From the NCBI GenBank assembly GCA_965246715.1, contig CBDFFH010000015.1:160001-224000 (forward strand): a stretch of 64,000 nt of DNA, read 5' to 3'. Of this stretch, positions 1 through 10,591 are shown one piece after another; positions within the stretch are counted from its first letter, which is position 1; each line of letters opens with the position of its first letter. The stretch is from Chamaesiphon sp. Lineage in GTDB: Bacteria; Cyanobacteriota; Cyanobacteriia; Cyanobacteriales; Chamaesiphonaceae. The notes beneath the pieces were generated by a model that did not search any database, was not told the DNA's origin, and saw only the letters and a list, made by a program, of their open reading frames with translations. The position numbers and the translations under genes were made by a program.

Positions 1-2
1 AA

Positions 3-539
3 TATAATACCCTGGCTGCGATTACCACAGTGGAATCGATCGGCGTGAAAAAAGAAGTTATTTTAGATACGATTAGCACCTTCCAAGCTGCCTTCGGTCG
101 ATCGGAAGAACTAGTTTACAATGGCAAAAAAGTGCGGATTTTACTGACTAAAAATCCCGCCAGTATGAACGAAACCATCCGCGCTGTCAGTCAAGTCCGT
201 CGATCTGGTGGTAGTTCTGTGAGTCTGATGGTACTTAACGATCGCACCCCAGACGGTACCGATGTCTCGTGGATTTGGGATGTGGATACCGAGAAATTTG
301 TCAATTCTGGCGGGACGATTGTAGTTAGTGGCGATCGGGTTTATGATATGGCATTGCGGTTGGAATATAGTAAAACCGACCCAAGTAGCGGTTGTCAAAT
401 TATCGTTAAGGAAGATCTAAAAGACGCGATCGATACCGCCTTAGAACTCACTGCAAATACTGAAACTCTGCATATTATTCCTACATATTCTGCAATGCTA
501 GATGTTCGCGAAATTTTAACGGGTAGAAAGATTCTTTAA
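3..539 (+). CDS. murT: MurT-type Mur ligase, C-terminal part (DUF1727); 5' end outside window
   Basis: Open from window start; L-x-KNP and DG.DVSWIWD motifs; directly upstream of GatD-like gene. Confidence 0.85.
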   Translation, partial: YNTLAAITTVESIGVKKEVILDTISTFQAAFGRSEELVYNGKKVRILLTKNPASMNETIRAVSQVRRSGGSSVSLMVLNDRTPDGTDVSWIWDVDTEKFVNSGGTIVVSGDRVYDMALRLEYSKTDPSSGCQIIVKEDLKDAIDTALELTANTETLHIIPTYSAMLDVREILTGRKIL

Positions 540-709
540 GCTCATATTGCTGGAACTAGCTAGATCGGTAAGAATCTACAGCTAAATATTCGTAACATCA
601 AAATCAACTCCAAATTAATACTGGTGGGCAGTGCAGACCCTACCGTAAAGGCTCAAGAATTGAGTAGTTATCCACAAGTATCGATTGACTAGTACTAAGC
701 TCAGATCCA

Positions 710-751
710 ACCCACCCCGCCCTATCGGGCACCCCTCCCAGGAGGGGAATT
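710..751 (+). repeat. 42-bp dispersed hairpin repeat; exact reverse-complement copy at 51298-51339
   Basis: ACCCACCCCGCCCTATCGGGCACCCCTCCCAGGAGGGGAATT read at both loci. Confidence 0.9.
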
Positions 752-787
752 TACTAGTCACTATTCCCTATCCCCTATTCCCTAAAC

Positions 788-1570
788 ATGGAACTAAAAA
801 TCGGCTGGCTTTATCCTACTCTCATGAGTACCTATGGCGATCGCGGTAATGTCATCGCCATCCAACAGCGCGCCCAGTGGCGGGGCATCGACGTAGAAGT
901 CATCCCTTACGATCGTGATTCTGCGCCAGAAGTCATCGATCGAGTCGATGTGATGGTGGGTGGTGGCGCTCAAGATCGACAACAAGAAATCGTGATGCGC
1001 GATCTTGCTGGAGCCAAAGCTGAGGCAATTAAAGCCAAACTCGATGCTGGTGCGCCAGGAGTATTTACCTGCGGTTCGCCGCAATTATTGGGGCGATTTT
1101 ACGAGCCGGGATTGGGCGAAAAAATCGAAGGGATGGGCATTATCGATCTCGAAACTAAACATCCGGGGATCGATACTCAGCGGTGCATTGGTAATGTGAT
1201 TTTTGAGATTACCGCCAAAAGATTGGCAGCCGAACTGACAGAGCTACTAGGCGGACAAAGACCGATAATCGTTGGCTTTGAAAATCATGGTGGTCGGACT
1301 TTTCTCGGCCCGAATGCCGAAGCATTGGGGACGGTAATCAAAGGTTACGGTAATAATGCCAGCGATGGTACTGAAGGGGCTTTTTATCACAATGCGATCG
1401 CGACTTATTCGCATGGGCCACTAATTCCCAAAAATCCATTTATCGCTGATTGGATGATTAAAACTGCCTTACAAAATAAATATCAAACTGAAATTAACCT
1501 GGCACCTCTCGACGATAGTTTAGCCGATCGAGCGCGTGCGGCGATGTTAAAACGATTAGATATTAATTAG
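788..1570 (+). CDS. gatD: GatD/CobQ-like glutamine amidotransferase
   Basis: YGDRGN, GFENH and TYSHGP motifs, catalytic Cys in TCGSPQ; paired with murT. Confidence 0.88.
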   Translation: MELKIGWLYPTLMSTYGDRGNVIAIQQRAQWRGIDVEVIPYDRDSAPEVIDRVDVMVGGGAQDRQQEIVMRDLAGAKAEAIKAKLDAGAPGVFTCGSPQLLGRFYEPGLGEKIEGMGIIDLETKHPGIDTQRCIGNVIFEITAKRLAAELTELLGGQRPIIVGFENHGGRTFLGPNAEALGTVIKGYGNNASDGTEGAFYHNAIATYSHGPLIPKNPFIADWMIKTALQNKYQTEINLAPLDDSLADRARAAMLKRLDIN

Positions 1571-1600
1571 TTGGCAGCGGGTCTGTCTACTCGATCGACA

Positions 1601-2248
1601 TTAAGTTTTTGGTAAATAGCGATAGTGTCCGTTAATTTTCCAACTGCGGGGAATTGTTTCTACCTTGGTACCACAGCAAGCGTTATGCACCATTTGATAA
1701 TAACCATGATTATCTTTGATATTGGTGACGATCGCGATGTGTAAGCCGATTTTTTCACCCAGATCGTAAGTAACTAGATCTCCTGGTAAATAGTCTGCTG
1801 AATTCTTGGAAATCGGTAGTTCGGCACCGCGCCGCTTGAAAAAAGTCATGAGGTTTGCCACTCTCCGATGGTCGATATTTTTATCGGGTTGTTTCAGTCC
1901 CCAGATCTGTGGATATGCGGCAAAATTGCGCTGCATATCCTCGTGAACCGATCGTTGCAAATCGATCCCGATCTGACGATAGGCGCGCACGATGACATCC
2001 GTACACACCCCCGTACTGGCGGATACGTCGCCACCTGGATAAGTTAAGGAAACATAAGCCGGATCGTAGCTTTTAGTGACATCTGTTTGTGCGATGCCAC
2101 CCGCGACTAATTTGCGGATCGTTGGATTGGTAATTTTTGTGGTAGTCGGCTCTGGATTAATAACTGTGGAAATTCGCTGCGGGACACGACAAGCAGAGAG
2201 CGGGAGGATCGCGCAAAATATTAATACCAGTCTCATTTGTAGCTTCAT
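1601..2248 (-). CDS. DUF1287 (YijF-like) lipoprotein
   Basis: Lipobox LSAC; GVCTDV and NIDHRRV motifs. Confidence 0.8.
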   Translation of the reverse strand: MKLQMRLVLIFCAILPLSACRVPQRISTVINPEPTTTKITNPTIRKLVAGGIAQTDVTKSYDPAYVSLTYPGGDVSASTGVCTDVIVRAYRQIGIDLQRSVHEDMQRNFAAYPQIWGLKQPDKNIDHRRVANLMTFFKRRGAELPISKNSADYLPGDLVTYDLGEKIGLHIAIVTNIKDNHGYYQMVHNACCGTKVETIPRSWKINGHYRYLPKT

Positions 2249-2425
2249 TTATTCTCGCTGTAGCAACTACCCAACTCCCTGCTTAAATTTCGCTGGAGAC
2301 AACCCTCGATCGACGATAAACTTAAAGAAATTACTGCCTAAAAGTTAAAACTCGATCGAGTTAACTATGTAAAGCTTCCTACAGTCGATCGCGATCGATT
2401 TTCGGATTATTGCCCCGAATCAATT

Positions 2426-4003
2426 ATGAATTCAGCGCCTAGTTACTGCTACACAGGGATTTGTCCCACTCACGGCGAACGCTTGCAATTACCCCGCACT
2501 CAGGAAGTTGAAACGATCGCGCGTGACTTAATGGCACAGCTAGCTCAGGATGAGCTGTATGCTCGTGAGGGCAAAATGTACGGCGTGTTGCTAGTCGAGT
2601 CCAAAAGTGGCGAACGCAGCGTTTTCAAGGCTTTTTCGGGGCTATTGGCGGGCAAATCGACGATCGATGGTTGGGTACCGCCAATTCCAGGGCGAGAGCA
2701 TGTTGCTGAAGCTGAAGCTGAAACCCTGGTTGATCTAGCAGCGATGCTGCAAGAATTAATCGAACTCGATCGATCCACAGAACGCGAGCGCTCCAAATTA
2801 TTAGCACTAGAATTTAAACAGCGATTGGCAGCATTAGCGATCGTTCATCGTCAGCGCAAAGAATTACGCCAGCAACAACGCGAACACCTGAGTGCAACTC
2901 TCGATCCGAGCGAAATCGAGAGCACCCTCGCACTACTCGAAGCCCAAAGCTGTCAAGACGGGCGAGAACGTCGCCAACTCAAACAAGAACGCGACACGGC
3001 TTTACAGCCGCTCAAGGAGATTTTAGACCGAACCGATGCGCGAATTCGGGAGGTGAAACAACAGCGGAAAATTCGATCGCGTCAACTGCAAACTCAGATG
3101 CATGAAGCTTATCACTTAATGAATTTTCTAGGGACGAGTAGCTCGTTACGCGAACTGATGCCCGCAGGGATTCCCACCGGAACGGGTGATTGTTGTGCCC
3201 CCAAATTACTCCACTATGCAGCCACCCAGCAGCTTAAACCGATCGCGATGGCCGAATTTTGGTGGGGCGAACATAGTGCGGATAAATATCAGGGCGAATT
3301 TTATGGTGCTTGTGCCGAACGTTGTCAGCCATTGATGGGATTTATGCTCTCGGGCTTGACTCCAGCAGTTGGCAAACCGTCCTTAGCGATTATTTATGAG
3401 GATGCATATCTAATTGCCATCGATAAGCCTGCTGGATTACTCTCTGTCCCAGGACGTTATCTCGACGGACAAGACAGCGTGCTGTCTCGACTGCGGCAAC
3501 TATTGCCAGCTGAGGAGATTTATACCGTCCATCGGTTGGATCGAGATACATCGGGAATCTTATTATTAGCACGCGATCGATCTACATACCAACACCTCAC
3601 TCGCCAATTTCACGAGCGCCAGATTCAGAAAGTTTATACAGCAATTTTGGCAGGTAAAGTCGATCGCGACTCAGGCACGATCGATTTACCATTATGGGGC
3701 GATCCGACCGATCGACCGCGCCAACAAGTCGATTTCGATCGGGGCAAACCCAGTTTGACTAAATTTCAAGTTTTGGAGCAAATTGGCGACTCCTCGCGCG
3801 TTGAATTTATCCCCATTACTGGGCGAACCCATCAACTGAGAGTCCATTCTGTCGATAAATTGGGGCTAGGCATCCCAATTTTAGGCGATCGGTTGTACGG
3901 TTGTCAGACAACTGGTAGGCTCCATCTTCATGCCCGAGAACTTACTTTTATACACCCTGTCCGTGCTGATTTAGTTCGCCTCCAGCTAGAAGCCAAGTTT
4001 TAA
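2426..4003 (+). CDS. RluA-family pseudouridine synthase with long N-terminal extension
   Basis: HRLDRDTSG and TGRTHQLRVH motifs in the C-terminal part. Confidence 0.9.
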   Translation: MNSAPSYCYTGICPTHGERLQLPRTQEVETIARDLMAQLAQDELYAREGKMYGVLLVESKSGERSVFKAFSGLLAGKSTIDGWVPPIPGREHVAEAEAETLVDLAAMLQELIELDRSTERERSKLLALEFKQRLAALAIVHRQRKELRQQQREHLSATLDPSEIESTLALLEAQSCQDGRERRQLKQERDTALQPLKEILDRTDARIREVKQQRKIRSRQLQTQMHEAYHLMNFLGTSSSLRELMPAGIPTGTGDCCAPKLLHYAATQQLKPIAMAEFWWGEHSADKYQGEFYGACAERCQPLMGFMLSGLTPAVGKPSLAIIYEDAYLIAIDKPAGLLSVPGRYLDGQDSVLSRLRQLLPAEEIYTVHRLDRDTSGILLLARDRSTYQHLTRQFHERQIQKVYTAILAGKVDRDSGTIDLPLWGDPTDRPRQQVDFDRGKPSLTKFQVLEQIGDSSRVEFIPITGRTHQLRVHSVDKLGLGIPILGDRLYGCQTTGRLHLHARELTFIHPVRADLVRLQLEAKF

Positions 4004-4068
4004 GATCGGAAGGGACGATATCGATCCAGCCATCCCAAGCACCATCGACTAGGGTAAGATCGAAGTGA

Positions 4069-5115
4069 ATGCCCAGCGAGAACCAAATGCCAGATCGATC
4101 CCAGCCAGCCACCCCAGGTAATGAATCCGTAGTAGAAGCTTACCTGTCGTCTCTCGACAATGGTGTTGGCGAGCAAGATGCAGCGCCAGGACTGATTCCG
4201 ATTGCGCCAGAGGGATTTCGATCGGGATTTGTCGCCATCATCGGGAGACCGAATGTAGGCAAATCCACACTGATGAACCAACTGATCGGTCAAAAAATCG
4301 CGATCGTCTCTCCAGTCCCCCAAACCACCCGCAACCGCTTACAGGGCATTCTCACCACCGATGCAGCCCAAATTATCTTCGTCGATACCCCCGGTATTCA
4401 CAAACCCCATCACAAACTGGGTGAAGTCTTAGTCAAAAATGCCCAAAGTGCGATCGGCGCTGTCGATGTGGTGCTATTCGTAGTCGACGGCATGGAAATT
4501 GCTGGCGGTGGCGACAGATTTATTGCCGATCTGCTGGAAAATGTTAAGACTCCCATAATTTTAGGGATCAATAAAATCGATGCACGGACGGATCTGAGTC
4601 CATCCCATCTCGACGCGATCGAGCGCAGCTATCAAGAGCTAGTGGGCGATCGGGAGTGGCAGATCGTCAACTTTTCGGCGGTTACCGAGACGGGTTTACC
4701 TGAATTACAAACCAGTCTAACTGCCGAATTAGGGATCGGGCCATATTACTACCCGCCAGATCTGGTCACCGACCAGCCCGAACGGTTTATCATGGGCGAA
4801 ATGATTCGGGAAGAAATCATCCTACTTACCCGTGAAGAATTGCCACACTCAGTTGCGGTAACGATCGATCGCGTTCAAGAAGATGCCAAAATTACCCGCG
4901 TATTGGCGACGATCTATGTCGAACGCGACTCTCAAAAAGGGATCCTGATCGGCAAAGGCGGGCAAATGCTCAAGCAAATCGGTTCGAGTGCCAGAGAGCA
5001 AATGCAGAAATTGATTGCCGGCAAAGTTTATCTGGAATTATTTGTTAAAGTGCAACCCAAATGGCGACAATCGCGCCTCCGGCTGGCGGAACTCGGCTAT
5101 CGGGTGGAGGATTAG
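4069..5115 (+). CDS. era: GTPase Era
   Basis: GRPNVGKS, QTTR, DTPG, NKID; C-terminal KH domain (ILIGKGG). Confidence 0.95.
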   Translation: MPSENQMPDRSQPATPGNESVVEAYLSSLDNGVGEQDAAPGLIPIAPEGFRSGFVAIIGRPNVGKSTLMNQLIGQKIAIVSPVPQTTRNRLQGILTTDAAQIIFVDTPGIHKPHHKLGEVLVKNAQSAIGAVDVVLFVVDGMEIAGGGDRFIADLLENVKTPIILGINKIDARTDLSPSHLDAIERSYQELVGDREWQIVNFSAVTETGLPELQTSLTAELGIGPYYYPPDLVTDQPERFIMGEMIREEIILLTREELPHSVAVTIDRVQEDAKITRVLATIYVERDSQKGILIGKGGQMLKQIGSSAREQMQKLIAGKVYLELFVKVQPKWRQSRLRLAELGYRVED

Positions 5116-5231
5116 GACGCTCGATCGACCTAAAAATCTCTAAAATCACAAAATATCCAATCTGGCAACGTTAAATATACTGAAATTGCTGTAAAGTTAC
5201 AAATTAAGTTGCAACGCACTTAATTTAACTA

Positions 5232-6074
5232 ATGGTATCAACCCCCCGTCGGGATAGCATCTCCCCTTCAGTCGAACCGCAAGTAGATCCATATACCCTC
5301 GCCCAAATGGGAATTGCGATGTTAATCGATCTCGCCCAGCGTGGCGAAATCGATCCGTGGGATGTCAAAGTGATCGACGCGATCGATTTGCATTTGAGCA
5401 AATTACCATTACAGGCTGATGCCACACTAGCGCATAAGCAAGCCAATCTCTCCCAATCCGGACAAGCATTTCTGTGGGCGGCGATGCTCGTCTTACTCAA
5501 AGCTGAAAGCTTAGAGCAGAGTCAATCCCCAGCCGAAGATTTTGAATTTCTGGAAGAAGATCTCGATTTTGAAGCGATCGGCACAGCTGGACTACCGCGC
5601 AACTTAGAGCGGCATATCCGCCGCCGACTAACGTCGCCACCACACAAGACGCGTCCGGTGACACTGGAAGATCTGATCCAGCAACTCCGCCAAATTGCTG
5701 ATAAAATTGCCGAACCTACCGTCGTGCGTCGATCCATTCGGGGCAAGGCAATGTCAGTCAAACGCGCGACACAAACCATTGCTGGACTGGCGCACGATGA
5801 AAATCTAACTGAGATGGCGGCACTTGTCGCTGAGTTTCTGGTCACGTACACTAGTGAAACCAACTTCTGGACGCTCGATGACCTCGTGAATCTCTGGTCT
5901 GATAAATTTCCCGCCGCACCAGGGCAGCATCATGGAGTCAACCACGATCGAGTGGGCGTATTTTGGGCACTATTACTATTATCAGCTCAATCTAAGGTCG
6001 AGCTAGATCAGACAGAATTTTACCAAACCCTCACTATCCGCAGACTGCATGAAGAATCGGTTGAAATGAACTAG
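5232..6074 (+). CDS. scpA: Segregation/condensation protein ScpA
   Basis: EIDPWDV N-terminal motif; C-terminal FWALLLLS...KVELDQ kleisin motif. Confidence 0.85.
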   Translation: MVSTPRRDSISPSVEPQVDPYTLAQMGIAMLIDLAQRGEIDPWDVKVIDAIDLHLSKLPLQADATLAHKQANLSQSGQAFLWAAMLVLLKAESLEQSQSPAEDFEFLEEDLDFEAIGTAGLPRNLERHIRRRLTSPPHKTRPVTLEDLIQQLRQIADKIAEPTVVRRSIRGKAMSVKRATQTIAGLAHDENLTEMAALVAEFLVTYTSETNFWTLDDLVNLWSDKFPAAPGQHHGVNHDRVGVFWALLLLSAQSKVELDQTEFYQTLTIRRLHEESVEMN

Positions 6075-6312
6075 TTGTAACGTGCGAAGCGATCGTCCTA
6101 CATTAGGCAAGCTTCTTAAAAATAGCAGTATTGCGGTGGCATTCACCGTTGATGAGTAACGAATCGGCAATTAAAAAACTGATTCTATCCTCGCTACTGT
6201 TAACTTACAACTTATCGGTGAAACTCTCAAAATGGTATGGAGAGTATCCCGCCAACAATCGATCGCTGCTAAAGTAGATGGGATAGAGGACTATCAGTAG
6301 ATAATATTAAAT

Positions 6313-7467
6313 ATGAAAGCAATGATTCTGGCTGCCGGAAAAGGTACCCGCGTTCGCCCGATTACCTATACTATTCCCAAACCATTAATTCCGATCCTCC
6401 ACAAGCCAGTAATGGAGTTTCTCGTGGACTTGCTCAAACAGCATGATTTCACCGAAATTATGGTTAATGTCAGTCATCTTGCTAAAGAAATTGAAAGTTA
6501 TTTTCATGACGGGCAAAGGTTTGGAGTCCAAATTGCCTATTCATTTGAAGGAACGATCCGTGAGGACGGAGAATTAGAAGGTCAAGCATTAGGTTCCGCA
6601 GGCGGGATGCGCCGGATTCAAGATTTCTGCCCCTTCTTTGACGATACTTTCGTAGTTTTGTGTGGCGACGCACTGATCGATCTCGATCTGACCGCCGCCG
6701 TCAAATGGCACAAAGAAAAAGGTTCGATGGCGACGATCGTAACTAAAACAGTTCCCCGAGAAGAAGTTTCAAGTTATGGGGTCGTAGTTACCGATGAAAC
6801 TGGTCGCATCAAAGCTTTCCAAGAGAAGCCCTCGGTCGAAGAAGCACTGAGTACGAATATCAATACTGGGATTTATATTTTTGAGCCAGAAGTATTAAAT
6901 TACATTCCTTCCGGTCAGGAATATGATATCGGTGGAGATTTATTTCCACAGTTGGTTGAGATGGGTGCCCCGTTCTACGCTATTTCGATGGATTTCCAGT
7001 GGGTAGATATTGGGAAAGTGCCCGACTACTGGCAAGCAATTCGCAGCGTCTTAATGGGTGAAGTCAAGAATGTGCCGATTCCTGGGCATCAAGTCAAACC
7101 GGGTATTTACACGGGTATCAATGTCGCCGTCAATTGGGATAAAGTCGATATTACTGGCCCGGTCTACATCGGTGGGATGACTAAAATCGAAGATGGCGCT
7201 AAGATCACTGGCCCCGCGATGATCGGACGTAATTGTCATATTTGTAGCAATGCCCACATCGACAATAGCGTGATCTTTGAATACTCACGGATTGCCTCCA
7301 ATGTCATTCTTACTGATAAATTAGTGTTCGGTCGATATTGTGTGGATAAAGAAGGATCGACGATCGACGTTCAAGCAGCTTCGCTGGATTGGTTGATTAC
7401 CGATACCCGTCAACCGATCGAGCATATTACCAAAAAAGCTGCTCAATTTGTTGCCCAAGTCTTCTAA
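6313..7467 (+). CDS. cugP: NDP-sugar pyrophosphorylase, cyanobacterial CugP type
   Basis: MKAMILAAGKGTRVRP nucleotidyltransferase motif plus C-terminal hexapeptide beta-helix. Confidence 0.75.
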   Translation: MKAMILAAGKGTRVRPITYTIPKPLIPILHKPVMEFLVDLLKQHDFTEIMVNVSHLAKEIESYFHDGQRFGVQIAYSFEGTIREDGELEGQALGSAGGMRRIQDFCPFFDDTFVVLCGDALIDLDLTAAVKWHKEKGSMATIVTKTVPREEVSSYGVVVTDETGRIKAFQEKPSVEEALSTNINTGIYIFEPEVLNYIPSGQEYDIGGDLFPQLVEMGAPFYAISMDFQWVDIGKVPDYWQAIRSVLMGEVKNVPIPGHQVKPGIYTGINVAVNWDKVDITGPVYIGGMTKIEDGAKITGPAMIGRNCHICSNAHIDNSVIFEYSRIASNVILTDKLVFGRYCVDKEGSTIDVQAASLDWLITDTRQPIEHITKKAAQFVAQVF

Positions 7468-7543
7468 TTCAGCCGCATCACTGATTATCAGTGCGAGCAA
7501 CTGCAATTTATGCCACACGATCGGTAGATCGAGCCTCAGCCAC

Positions 7544-7819
7544 CTACCGATCGTTTGGCCATAGCAATCTTACCGCGAGCACCGCAAATCCCAATGCGGC
7601 AAAGCCTTTGAGTACCTTAACTGGTAAGAATGCGGCAATTTCTCCACCAGCTAAGACCCCGATCGAACTAGCTAGCAATAAAGCAGCAACCGAACCGAAG
7701 AATACTGCGCGTGGATGCTGGGTGCTACCACCCAACGCGATCGCGGCTAGTTGACTTTTATCGCCGATCTCAGCGATAAATACCGTGATAAAAGTCAGTC
7801 CCAGGAGTTGCCAGTTCAT
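7544..7819 (-). CDS. Half-size UPF0016/TMEM165/GDT1 transporter
   Basis: One EIGDKSQ motif, about three hydrophobic helices. Confidence 0.85.
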   Translation of the reverse strand: MNWQLLGLTFITVFIAEIGDKSQLAAIALGGSTQHPRAVFFGSVAALLLASSIGVLAGGEIAAFLPVKVLKGFAALGFAVLAVRLLWPNDR

Positions 7820-7928
7820 ACTTTAAGTAAGGAAGGTCGGTTTTGGAGCGAAATTTTTGGTGAGTCGCAGGGGCTACTTATCTAAACTTACCCCTTGGAT
7901 GTGTTAAAAGACAAGCGATCTCTACCCA

Positions 7929-9341
7929 CTAGCCACTAGTTTCACTCACTTCCGCGATCGAGACAATCTCAGCTGCTGGTGGTGACGGCATCAACTCATC
8001 GCGCAACCGCGCCATAATCGTCGCATCATCAATCCGCGCCAGTATTTCCTGAATGACGGTATTCGCCCCCAATTGACCCCAAGTACTCCCAGCTTCGAGA
8101 TAAGTCTGAGTAGCTTTACCGACACTATAAGCGCCATAACCCGCGATCGCGGCTTGAATCGCGCCCCCACCAAGATAACCAGGCGCAGCACTCCAATTTA
8201 GCGTACCATCGACGATCGCCGAAAACTTGCCGATGCCAAACAGGATGCTAGTAGCTACTTCGCCGAGTAATAAACTCCCCGCGCTAAACAACAAGCCACT
8301 GAATAACTTACTCAGCTCGTATTTAGTCATCGGGAGATTGTACAGCTTCGCCAGTGAGAAGATTAAGATGAGATCTACTATCGCGCCGCCCGCTACATCT
8401 AAAATGGCGATCGGGTTGAGCGCTACAGCGAGCGCCTTATACTGAGCAAATCTCCGTACCAAGTTATTCGCATCAGCTTGCATGTCAGCAAGGGTATTTT
8501 TTGCTAAATTCCGCTCGGACGAACGTGCCTGAACTAATGCATTGATCGCGAGTAACGATCGACCTTCCCGATCTAGTAGTTCTTTAATTTTCTGCTGCAG
8601 GGGGGCGATTTGGGGTTCGGGCTGTTCCCACTCGGTTTTGGTCGTACCATCGGGGTACTCAGTGCGGACTTGGATGGGGGTAGGATCGGCGGCGACCATC
8701 ACTACCTCATCCGCAGATAGCAACCGTTGCAATAACTCATCATTGGCGCTTTCTCCACCCAAATTTTTCAACTGCGTGTAGATTGTTTGCCGTTCCTGCT
8801 CGGGATAGAGATCGGACTTGTTAAACACTAGCAATAACGGCTTCTGCGCTTTCCGCAACTCGCACAAAGCTTGATATTCTAGCTGGGTAATATCGCCAGC
8901 AATGATAAATAAAATTAAGTCGGCTTGAGCGACAACTTCTGATGCCATTTTGCCCCGCGCATCGCCATCGATTTCATCCAATCCCGGCGTATCGATTAAT
9001 TCGATTTGCATGATGCCATCTGGCGACCAGGGAATCGATCGCGGGAACCGAGTTACACCGTTGAGGGGGCCAGTTTCCAAGATCTTTTTGCCCACCAAGG
9101 CATTTAATACTGCCGACTTACCGCGACTGACCAAGCCAAATGCCGCAATACTGTAATTGGTTTGCTCCAACTTAGCTAAAGTGTGCGCTAAGGTGTCTAA
9201 ATCGCTCTGTAAGCTGGGTGAAACTTCCCCAACCTTTAGGGATGCGTATCGGGACAAACTCTGCTGTAAGCTCGCTTTAGCGCGATCGAGATCTAATGAG
9301 ACTGGTGCGGGAGAATTGGTAGCTAGCTCGGGGATGCTCAT
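7929..9341 (-). CDS. Era-like GTPase with DUF697 C-terminal domain
   Basis: GLVSRGKS, DTPG, NKSD motifs; hydrophobic C-terminal region. Confidence 0.85.
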   Translation of the reverse strand: MSIPELATNSPAPVSLDLDRAKASLQQSLSRYASLKVGEVSPSLQSDLDTLAHTLAKLEQTNYSIAAFGLVSRGKSAVLNALVGKKILETGPLNGVTRFPRSIPWSPDGIMQIELIDTPGLDEIDGDARGKMASEVVAQADLILFIIAGDITQLEYQALCELRKAQKPLLLVFNKSDLYPEQERQTIYTQLKNLGGESANDELLQRLLSADEVVMVAADPTPIQVRTEYPDGTTKTEWEQPEPQIAPLQQKIKELLDREGRSLLAINALVQARSSERNLAKNTLADMQADANNLVRRFAQYKALAVALNPIAILDVAGGAIVDLILIFSLAKLYNLPMTKYELSKLFSGLLFSAGSLLLGEVATSILFGIGKFSAIVDGTLNWSAAPGYLGGGAIQAAIAGYGAYSVGKATQTYLEAGSTWGQLGANTVIQEILARIDDATIMARLRDELMPSPPAAEIVSIAEVSETSG

Positions 9342-10129
9342 ATATCCGGTTTCAGGTTGGAGGAAGTTTGTTGCAGCGGAAGTTCGATTAATTGCCAGAC
9401 ATTTAAATCTCGACTCTCATCGCTCACTCCGAGTCGAATATCGCTTGGCTCGACATCAGCAGTATGAGATTGAAAGATCCGATCCCACCACACGAACACG
9501 CTCCCATAGTTGGATTGACTCTCACTCTGGATCTGGGAATGGTGGATGCGATGGTAGTCTGGAGTGACGATCGCATAGGCTAAAAGTCGATCGAGCGACT
9601 GCGGCAGGGCAAAATTACTATGTTGCAGAGCCACAACTACTGTAAATATTAGCTCGTAAGTCAGCACGATGTTTGCCGAAATACCCAACCCCCAAATCAG
9701 TATTAGTTTGGGAATACTCGAGCTGAGAATTTCGATCGGGTGAAAGCGATAAGCAGTCGAGACATTCATCGATCGATCGGTATGATGGACGCGATGAAAT
9801 CGCCATGCTAGCGGCCAGGTATGCATCGCGCGATGCCATAGATATATATAAAGATCGAGCATGAGGATCGTTACGATCCCCAGCATTACGGGAGAAAAAA
9901 ACGGCTGGATCGACTCTAACTGCGGAAGATTGCCAATCGGCAACCGCGCGAGTGAGATCGTTAACAGGCTTGAAGCGATCGAATTTAACAATCCTAATTG
10001 TAGATTACTCGTGATTCTCGATCTCAAAGAATTATGAAAGGAAAAAAATGGCAGCTTATTTTCCAGAATTAGCAGCGTGACAATGGTAGTAATAATCAGG
10101 ATTAACTTAACTGGCATCGGCTTTAACAA
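9338..10129 (-). CDS. Sterol desaturase / fatty acid hydroxylase family protein
   Basis: His boxes HRAMH, HRVHH, HRIHH. Confidence 0.88.
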   Translation of the reverse strand: MLKPMPVKLILIITTIVTLLILENKLPFFSFHNSLRSRITSNLQLGLLNSIASSLLTISLARLPIGNLPQLESIQPFFSPVMLGIVTILMLDLYIYLWHRAMHTWPLAWRFHRVHHTDRSMNVSTAYRFHPIEILSSSIPKLILIWGLGISANIVLTYELIFTVVVALQHSNFALPQSLDRLLAYAIVTPDYHRIHHSQIQSESQSNYGSVFVWWDRIFQSHTADVEPSDIRLGVSDESRDLNVWQLIELPLQQTSSNLKPDI

Positions 10130-10226
10130 ACAGTCGATCGTGGCGAGGTGGTGGGTATGCTAGAGACGATAGCGCTGGATCTCCATTAGTTTCAGCGCAG
10201 ACACTCAATCGATCGTAGGAGTTTTT

Positions 10227-10559
10227 ATGGCTAAGATCTGTGGTCTGGCGCTAATCGTAGTAAGTATCTATTTTCTAGGACAAGATATCGAGTTTACGAC
10301 CCACTATTACTATAACTGGTGGCAAAAAGTTCCGGCGGCAGGTTCGGTAATATCATTGCTGCTGGGAATTGCCTCGCTAACACTGTGGCGACAGGCGATG
10401 GGGAACTTTGGGTGGATTTTTATCGCCATCGGGATTATCCTAGTTTTCTTGAGTGCGGGAGTTATCTTACAACCGACGAGCTTGTGGAAATTTTTTGTCA
10501 CGATGTTGGCGTTCGCCAGTGGATACCAATTGCTAACTAGCGGTAGAATTAGATTTTAA
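10227..10559 (+). CDS. Small membrane protein, unknown function
   Basis: AGGAG RBS; four hydrophobic segments. Confidence 0.7.
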   Translation: MAKICGLALIVVSIYFLGQDIEFTTHYYYNWWQKVPAAGSVISLLLGIASLTLWRQAMGNFGWIFIAIGIILVFLSAGVILQPTSLWKFFVTMLAFASGYQLLTSGRIRF

Positions 10560-10591
10560 GTATTTTGAGGTTTGCAAGCTGGGTAGCAGTG

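Noticed and set aside
3..1570. MurT/GatD in a diderm as a novelty
   Set aside because: The pair is common in cyanobacteria.
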